Source: a bacterium
Lineage (GTDB): Bacteria > UBP7 > UBA6624
Direction of reading: 5' to 3'
DNA: 30,245 nt
NCBI GenBank assembly: GCA_002716355.1
Contig: PBAU01000006.1
Location: forward strand, 1 to 30,245
Shown here: one piece after another, positions 8,037-16,400 of the stretch
Position numbering within the stretch: position 1 is the stretch's first letter
Layout: each line of letters opens with the position of its first letter
Notes under the pieces: generated by a model
Databases searched by the model: none
What the model saw: the letters and a program-made list of their open reading frames with translations, nothing else
Told to the model about the DNA's origin: nothing
Translations under genes and position numbers: made by a program

Positions 8037-9017
8037 CTACTTTAAAGGGCTCCAGTCAATGCCCATTCCTTTTTCTATTGCTTTTTTTAAGACTATATTA
8101 GCTGTTGCCATGTCCTGTATAGCCAAACCAGTTGAATCAAAAATAGTAAGAACATTCTTGAATGAAGAATCTGCTTCTGCAACTATTGTCCCTATCTCTC
8201 CAGCAACCATATCTTTTGTAAACCAACCCTCATGACAAGGAACGTTTATCTCTCCAGAATGACTTGTTTGAGTCCAATCGTCAACAATAACATTGGACCT
8301 TTTAACAAGATTCCCTTCAATCTCTTGTTTCCCTTCGGCATCTGCACCTATCGCATTGATGTGCGTATGAGGCCTAACGATCATGCTATCCATAACAATA
8401 GGGTTTCTTACTGGTGTTGTTGTTATTAAAACATCACAATCACAAGCATTTTTTATATCGGTAACGCTAATATCTATTGAAGAATCTTTCTTTTTAATCC
8501 AGTCGCTTAAATCTTTTGTTGCTTGTTTGTTTGGGTCAGATATTTTTATATGATCAATGTTCATGAAATCCAAATGAGCTTCTATTTGATATTGAGCCTG
8601 TACGCCTGAGCCAATAAGGCCAATCTCACTTGAACCTTCTTTAGCTAACCATTTTGAAGCAACACCTCCAGCAGCTCCAGTTCTAACAGCTGTTAATAAA
8701 CCTGCATCCATAACCGCAACAGGAAAACCTGTGTTTGGATCATTTAAGACACACAATGCCATAACAGTAGGCAAACCCTGAGAGGTGTTATCTGGGTGTA
8801 CAGTTACTATTTTGACTCCTGCATTTTTTCCAGGAAGATATGCAGGCATTGATCTCAAGTCTCCATTCTGTTCATCAAATATTAAATAAGATTTTGGTGG
8901 CATTTGAACCTCGCCTCTGCCCCAAGAACCAAAAGCGTCTTCAACAGCTTGCAAAACATCCTTCATTGTTAAAATTTTCTTTACTTCACTTTGATTTAAA
9001 AGTTTTAAATTATTCAT
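8037..9017 (-). CDS. Ornithine cyclodeaminase/mu-crystallin family protein (NAD-dependent). Substrate not assignable.
   Basis: Family-typical features are present: LRSMPAYL, GVKIVTVHPDN, the Rossmann stretch IGLIGSGVQAQYQ and INAIGAD. ATGA overlaps the serS stop. Confidence 0.75.
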   Translation of the reverse strand: MNNLKLLNQSEVKKILTMKDVLQAVEDAFGSWGRGEVQMPPKSYLIFDEQNGDLRSMPAYLPGKNAGVKIVTVHPDNTSQGLPTVMALCVLNDPNTGFPVAVMDAGLLTAVRTGAAGGVASKWLAKEGSSEIGLIGSGVQAQYQIEAHLDFMNIDHIKISDPNKQATKDLSDWIKKKDSSIDISVTDIKNACDCDVLITTTPVRNPIVMDSMIVRPHTHINAIGADAEGKQEIEGNLVKRSNVIVDDWTQTSHSGEINVPCHEGWFTKDMVAGEIGTIVAEADSSFKNVLTIFDSTGLAIQDMATANIVLKKAIEKGMGIDWSPLK

Positions 9018-10249
9018 AAACCTAACTCCTCTTTTTTAAATTTTTCTTGCAAAACCTCAGGAAGGATTACCGCTTTTCCATTCCAGAAATGTTCCAAAAT
9101 AGCAGCTATTAATCTTCCTATCGCCAAACCTGTGCCATTCAATAAACATGGGTGAAAATTTTTATTCTTATCTTTGTAAAAAACACCCGCTCTTCTTGAT
9201 TGGAAATCATCACAAATACTAACTGAAGATATCTCCATCCAACTTCCATCAGAAGGCATTGGTATTTCTAAATCATAAGTTGCCGAAGAGGAAAAACCCA
9301 AATCAGCAGCACCTAATAACCTTCTTCTGTAAGGAATACCCAAAAGCTCTAACAAGCTTTCTGCATTCTCAACTAAAAAATCTAATTCATTCTTTGAATC
9401 CTCAGGCTTTACCACACTAACCATTTCAACTTTTTCAAACTGATGAACCCTTATTAAACCTTTTGTTTTCAACCCGTAACTTCCTGCTTCTCTACGAAAA
9501 TTTGAAGTCCAGGAAGTAAGCCTGAAAGGTAAATCAGAAATATCCAAATCTTGATAAGCTAAAAAATTAACCAAAGGAACTTCCGAAGTTGGTATGAGCC
9601 AATCTCCATCTTCGGTTTTATAAGCTTGATCAGCAAACTTGGGAAGCTGTCCGCTTCCCAACATTGTTTTTTCTGTTACAACAAAAGGTGGACTTACTTC
9701 CATAAAGCCTTTGGATATATGATGTTCAATCATCAAATTGCCAAGCTCTCTTGCTAGTTTGGAACCATCTTTTTTAAGCAAGGGCCAACCAGATCCAGAT
9801 ATTTTAGAAGCACTTTTGAAATCAAAAATATTTAATTTTTCAGCTATTTCCCAATGAAATGGTGTTTTTTCTTTCTTGGGAGATTTAAAATTTTTAACTA
9901 CTTTGCCGTCAACACCATCAGGGATCCAGCTTGCTGGAATATTTGGCACCATCAAAAGCTGATTCATTAAATCTTGATTGTTGATATCCATTTCTTTTTT
10001 TAATATCTTGATTTGATTTGAAATGCTTTTAACTTTATCCATAAGGGAAATTTTTTCTTGCTTTGATGCTTTAGCTATTTTTTGTCCAAGCTTTCTAGAG
10101 TCAGATTTAGTGTTATCGTACTCCAGTTGCAATTTCTTTCTTTTTTCATCCAAATTAACAAGAAGGTTTAAATCAATATCATCCTGCCTTCTGGCCATTC
10201 CTTTTTTCAAATCTGGAATAAAGTCTGAAATACCTTTTAAAGAATACAT
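9014..10249 (-). CDS. serS: Seryl-tRNA synthetase
   Basis: There is an N-terminal coiled-coil arm. Class II motifs are FRREAGSYGLKTKGLIRVHQFEKVE and NGTGLAIGRLIAAILE. Confidence 0.9.
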   Translation of the reverse strand: MYSLKGISDFIPDLKKGMARRQDDIDLNLLVNLDEKRKKLQLEYDNTKSDSRKLGQKIAKASKQEKISLMDKVKSISNQIKILKKEMDINNQDLMNQLLMVPNIPASWIPDGVDGKVVKNFKSPKKEKTPFHWEIAEKLNIFDFKSASKISGSGWPLLKKDGSKLARELGNLMIEHHISKGFMEVSPPFVVTEKTMLGSGQLPKFADQAYKTEDGDWLIPTSEVPLVNFLAYQDLDISDLPFRLTSWTSNFRREAGSYGLKTKGLIRVHQFEKVEMVSVVKPEDSKNELDFLVENAESLLELLGIPYRRRLLGAADLGFSSSATYDLEIPMPSDGSWMEISSVSICDDFQSRRAGVFYKDKNKNFHPCLLNGTGLAIGRLIAAILEHFWNGKAVILPEVLQEKFKKEELGL

Positions 10250-10480
10250 CTAACTAATAACGGCTATCTCTTCTCCAACTTTAACAGAGGAACCTTTTTG
10301 TTTCATCAGTTTTATATTGCCTGTTTTGTCTGATTCGATAGAGAAAGTGACTTTGCTTGTCTCAAGTTCAACAACTTCATCACCCTCATCTACATGATCT
10401 CCATCATCAACAAGCCAAGAAATCAAAACAACATCACCTTCTACCTTTCCTAAATCAGGTACACAAAAACTATGTTTCAA
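10250..10480 (-). CDS. Stand-alone lipoyl (biotinyl/lipoyl-attachment) domain protein, 76 aa
   Basis: The pattern VPDLGKVEGDVVLISWLVDDGDHVDEGDEVVELETSKVTFSIESDKTGNI...VKVGEEIAVI follows the E2-type lipoyl domain (P.lG...EG.i..W.v..GD.V..gd.l.eiETDKa). The predicted acceptor Lys43 is encoded at 10352-10354. The TTG start lies 2 nt after the stop of the giant gene. Confidence 0.7.
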   Translation of the reverse strand: MKHSFCVPDLGKVEGDVVLISWLVDDGDHVDEGDEVVELETSKVTFSIESDKTGNIKLMKQKGSSVKVGEEIAVIS

Positions 10481-10482
10481 TT

Positions 10483-13400
10483 TTAATTCTGTGTACAGAT
10501 AGTAAATGCTTGATCAATTAAGTTTGTACCGCCTCCACCAGCAAATTTACAAACACCGAGTAAATTATTCTGCCAAGCAGCTAACTGTATTCTTGGAAAA
10601 GTTGTAAAGAACAAACCAGCACCACCTGGACTAATCTGACACCCTTGAGAAGAACAAGCTTGCAAACCATTGAAACTAATGTTGTTTGGACCATGACTAC
10701 CATTTGCATCTATGTACATTCCATTAGTTATAGAGTCTTCAAGACCAACTTGGAAAAGCATTGGGCTTGACTCCTGTATCCAAACCATGGCTTCTGAAGA
10801 TTCTCCACCATACTTCAATACAGTATTCCACATTCTGCTTATTATGCTGCTTCCTGGATTATCTGAAAAAGGTGTTTGAGGGTACCAATCACATATTGGA
10901 TCACAATCTTCATCTTCATCTGCGGTTGTACCTTCATACTGATTCACTGGATGACTTAACCAAGGACCGAATGGGTTACATGCTCCTGTAGCTGCTCCTC
11001 TTTGCTCAAGCTGCGCATCAAGCGGGCCACCAAAACCTTCTGAATAGCCTGTTCCTCCACCTTGTGTTCCAGCAGGAACAACAACATCTGTTTCAGCACA
11101 TAACGTATCAACATTCAACCAGGATTCCCAGAAATCAAGAGTTCTATTGTAAAAACGGACAGCACCCCAATCTCCAGGGCCTGCTGCCTCATCGTACAAA
11201 CCAAGATTTGAATTTGGATAATCGATTTTAGTACCAAGAAGAGGGTCGTGAATACTTGTTATAAAGCTATTATCTGCAATAAACAAATTATGGTTATGGA
11301 AATCAATTGCACCTTGACTCCAATCAACATTCTCTGGTTCATCTCTCAATTTGATAATTGTCGAATCGATCTGCAAGTAAACAGGTGAAAAACTACCAAA
11401 ACCTTGTGCATACTCTTCATAAGATCCTGAAGGAAGAACCAATATGTCATTTGTAATCACATAAGGTATAGCATTCGTGTTTCCTCCACCGCCAGTTTGG
11501 CCATTCAAAACACCCAAAAGAACATCTGGATTTACCTGTCCAGGATAAGTGTTTGTAGTAGCAACTGCCTCTGGGTCATTAGTTGCAGTGGCTGTATCAT
11601 CGGTGAATGAGTCATTGATAACCCAGCCATAAATCTCAACAGCATTTCTTATACATGGTGCATTCGCTCCATCACAAGGATCAGCATCACTGAGAGTTTT
11701 TATAAATTGATTGTTTGCAGCTCTTGCAGGGTTGGCAACAGAGTCACCTACCTCAACATTGATTGGAATTCTCATTTGATAAGGGCTATTGTCTGTAAGT
11801 GTAAGTGAAGATAATCCTGGCTGAGTTGCACTGATCTTTCCTGAGTCGTTTCCATCAAGAACCAAATCAGCTGGATTCATGAAGGATGTCAAAGGTGTAG
11901 GGATACTTTCAGGCCTGTCGACATGAACATATACCCCATGACCAACTTGTGTGAATTCCAAACATGGATTTCCAGCAGGCACAGTGATCTCTGGACAATC
12001 TGTTGGAAGAGGTTCGTTATTAAGAACTAAAGCTGAATTGTTAGAGATTTGAGTATTAGTAATGGAAGGACTTGCATGCCAAACCAAAACACCTCCACCA
12101 GTGTTTCCTGAAATTGTATTATTGGTCAAGACAGGTCTTGGGTCACCTGAATTATTAAGCATATTCCTAACAGCAAGGCCTCTCCAGGTATTATTTTGCA
12201 TTGTGCTGTTATACATTTCACCTTTGTTAGCGGTCCAACCACCAGGGCAGCTGTCTATCGCCTTCATCACAAAATCAACACCATGGCCATCATCCCAGCC
12301 CTTTCCGTAATAACCGTTGTTATTAAACTCAACACCATCAACCAAGAAATCCAGGGTATTTTCAAGCCTCATTCCACCCAATCCATTATTAAGAACCTGC
12401 AATGTTCCTGTCAAACCACTTGAAGATATAACAGGGAAGGGTTGCTCTATGCTGCAAGTGCCATCATGGCCAGCTTTAATGTAGATTCCCCAACCTCCAT
12501 TATCTTTTGATATCAATCCTGTGATTGTCGGGTCTTGAGTCCTTTCAATAAAAATACCGTCACATTCATCTGTCACTCCTGGCTTTAATGGAGTTCCAAT
12601 CAATGAATTAGAACACCTTATACCATTACCTTCCACTATAGTTTCATTTCCAGCAGAACCAGTAATCTTAAAAGGTGTTTCGGACATATGGATACCTCGT
12701 GCATAACTATGATGAACGTTAGAACCTTCCTTTATGTGTAAATTAATATCCATCAATCCACCCTGCTTGAAGCTAGCTATTCCATGACCACCTGAATAAG
12801 CAAATTCAGCATCTGATATTCTTATTTGAGCACCAGGTGCAGATTCCCCTTGAAGAGTAAGGTTTCCTGCCCTCTGATTTGGAGAGGGTCCAAAAATTGA
12901 AGAGTTTTGATTTGAACCACCAAAAAGAACCTTTATATTGTTAAGATCAGCATCTATTCTGGTTCTTAAAGCAAGAGAGCCCCAGAAAGATTTTTCATAA
13001 ACTCCGTCAGAATCACCATCAAGCCTCAGCCAATTATCATCACTTTCATCAGCAACACTTAGATCTGAAGGACTAGGACCCATGCTCATAAGATTCCTAT
13101 TTGTATCAATTGCTTCAGGGAAGCTTGTGAGGAATGCAGCATCACAGCTGAAAGTCAATGAATCAACATTTCCATTGCAATCATCAGATATGCTTGTCCA
13201 AACTACCGGATCAACTGCATTACCATCAACTTGAAGATAGCCATCAACAATCATGCTGACTTCCCTGTTGTCAACACCATCTGACTCACCATAAATGAAA
13301 GGGTCTCCCATCTTGACAACTACGCCGGCTTCAATCTTCATATGAACATCTATGTTATCTACAGCACTATCATCTCCAACCCTTATTGAATCAGTAACAA

Positions 13401-16400
13401 CATAAGGCATTGGCTGTACATCAATATTGCCAGAATTATCAATAATGTTAATAGTATTGTTGTTCCAGGTTGTATCAAGACCAACAACTCTGTTTCTTAT
13501 TTGGCCTCCTCTTACACCAAAACCAGGATATTCTTTCGTTCCACTTGCAGGAATCTTATTAACTGAATAACTATTATTTATCAAGAAATCACTGCCAATA
13601 CCCATATCAGCAACTATCGGATAAAAACTATTAAAGTTAAATGAAGAATCTCTAATGATTGGAAAAGAACCTGTAAAGTTTTCATTATCCAAAATCACGA
13701 TTCCATTTTCAGCAGAATCTTCAGAAATCAAATGAGAAACAATAACTGATTCAGCTGCATCAAAAACTATATTGCCTTGATCAAGAATATCACCTTTTGT
13801 AGAACCCCTATTACCAGCACCAGCATACCTTATACCCAAACCAAATATTCTTCCACAAGGTTCCACATTTGAAACATTCTCAGCAACAGGATGATTAAAA
13901 GGGTAAGAATCAGGACAACTTAAAGCATCCTCATTTGATACAAAATAAACACCCTTCCAATCACCACGAGAACCTTCAGAAAGCCCTGAGCCATCTGTAT
14001 CACATCCTCCACCTGCGCAAGATGTAATATCTGTCATATCATCAAAGTAACTGGTGAAAACAACATCTGCAAAACCAGCTCTTGGAGTATCACTTGCATC
14101 AACATCTGGGTTATTTAAATTATCAATCGGATTGCCTGCAGCAGTTAACGAACCATTAACTGTAATTCCAGATACCTGATTGTCAAACTTAGCAACCAAA
14201 CCATAATCCAAAATAAGTTCAGCACCATTTCCAACAGTGATATGAGAATCAACAAGATAAGGAGTAACCCTGCTGATATTTGCAGCATCAATTACACCAG
14301 GTCCACCATTTGGAGTACCACATGATGGATCCCAACTGCCAGAATTGTTATTTGAGAAACACATTGTTGACCATTTGACAGGCTGTGTTAATTCTGCAAT
14401 CTCTCCTTCAGAACAAATTCCAGGAGCACATGTTCTATCCAAAGTATGTATATGCACTGCTGAAACAGTATTTGAAAATTGGGAATCTCCTGGAGCAGGA
14501 ATTCTGTTTTGGTCTAAACCAACAGAATCACAGCCGTTTAAGAAAGATACGCCTGTTACTGTATTCTCCCTTCCACATAAGGATGAAAAATGAGGTATTG
14601 ACAAAGGGGCCTTTTGATTTCTGAAGAAAGAATTCCTTTTGACAGCACTTCTGACTACATCATCAATAATTGACCCATCTTCTAAAGTAACATTCAACAG
14701 GCTTGGCGCACCACCTCTATACTGAAGACCATAACCTGAACTATGCTCTATAACTGAATCCTGAACCCTTGCAAAAGCACCATCTATTTTTACAGCTGAT
14801 CCAAGACCGGAACCGGCATACCTTATAGAAGCATTGTTGATTAAGCTCTTTTTAGAAGTTGATGTTATTTCTATACCTCTCCAAGATCCAGGTTGAGCAG
14901 AGCTAGATGAACCATCACCATTTGTATCACCTTCTGACAATATGTCATCTTCACTAATTGAACTAAATACAACTTCAGCAAGATTTCCGTTTCCGTCTGA
15001 AAGATAATACGGATCGCCTTGTACTGGAATTACACATTGTTCGTTTGTTTCATCCCAATAAGAACCAATACAGATGGTTCCAGCAGCTGAAATTCCACCA
15101 CCAGAAGAATCCAATTTAACCAAAACACCTGGCAGGATTGAGAATATACCTGAAACACCATCTCCATCAATATCCTCTTCTACTGACATATCCTGATCTA
15201 CAACATATGGCATTGGTGTTGGGGAGTTTACTGTTTGATCACCAGCATGATCACCTCTATCCATAGGTTTAAGCATTGCTAGCTCATTATCTGTAACTCT
15301 CCCTAAAAGCATTCTGATCCCATAAAAAGAATCTGATGCTGCAGTAGCTAAACATTGACCAGTTGCCTCATCCCAATCACAAAATTTATTATCATTCGTT
15401 TCACATGGATCACCCGGATTCTCTCCAGGGAAATTAGCACCTGTACAAAAACCAGGATCAGATCGATCATTTTGTATATCAGAAATACCTGTGTAGCTTG
15501 GAACCTGAAGAACAGGATAAGTACTTAAACTAGTAAAAATATTATCTCTAACAGTTGGATAAACATTGGGTTGTCCTGTGATTGAAATACCGTATCCGCC
15601 AGCATCCATAATTGTATTGTTTTGAACAACAACACAATTATTCTTCAGGTCTTCTTCTTCACTAGAAACTGGATCTAAAGGGTCACCCCAACTCACAACC
15701 TGCAAGTCCGGGTCATCACAATCAACCTGGTCACTACCCTCTCTCAAAGAAGTACTCTGCACCTGAACCACACCTAAAGAAGGGTCAGATCCACCATACC
15801 TTAAAACAGTACCTTCAACATAGCCAAAAGAACCTATATCAAACTTAACAGCACCCCATTCTCCAGGACTGCCTGTTGATATACCATCTTTATTTGTGTC
15901 ACATATTGGATGTCCTGAACTATTTACATCCGAACAATCAACAATACCTCCTCCAGGAACATTAAAGACACCTGCGAAATCATCATTGTAAGAAGTTAAG
16001 TAAACAGTATCGTCTTGACTATCACCAATAGCCAACCTTCCACTTGAAGATATACCGGAAGCAGTTGTCAAAAACTTAACAACAGTTCCCCCTTCAAGTC
16101 TTAAACTGGCTCCAGCTTCAACTGTTATTTGACCATCAACAACATAAGCACCAACAACAGCAGGCCATCTAACTTCACCCCAGAAATTAGGACAATTTGT
16201 GAAAATGTTTGGACAATCCTGAAGCAAAACAGAAAGAGCTTGAGGTATGTTGCCACCTTCTATCTGGATAGAATCACCATCTTCGTTTCCACTAAATGCA
16301 GGCAAAGAACCAGTATTGTTCAAATCCTTCAAACCACTAAATGCAGGATGCATGATCATTCCAAAATCAGTACTATTGGAAACAGTCAAATCACCACTGT

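Noticed and set aside
8031-10252. Possible TAG reassignment or readthrough as a general property. TAG ends rplI, trhO, the OCD-family gene, the lipoyl protein and trpS. In two cases the next gene is in the same frame (OCD TAG-TTT-TTG ltaE; lipoyl TAG-ATG serS).
   Set aside because: Frame coincidence is expected one time in three. OCD-LtaE or lipoyl-SerRS fusions make no biological sense, and both downstream proteins start exactly at their canonical N-termini. The trpS TAG is followed by a clean intrinsic terminator and the rplI TAG by a TGA six codons later. Only the trhO case has independent support (tail similarity).
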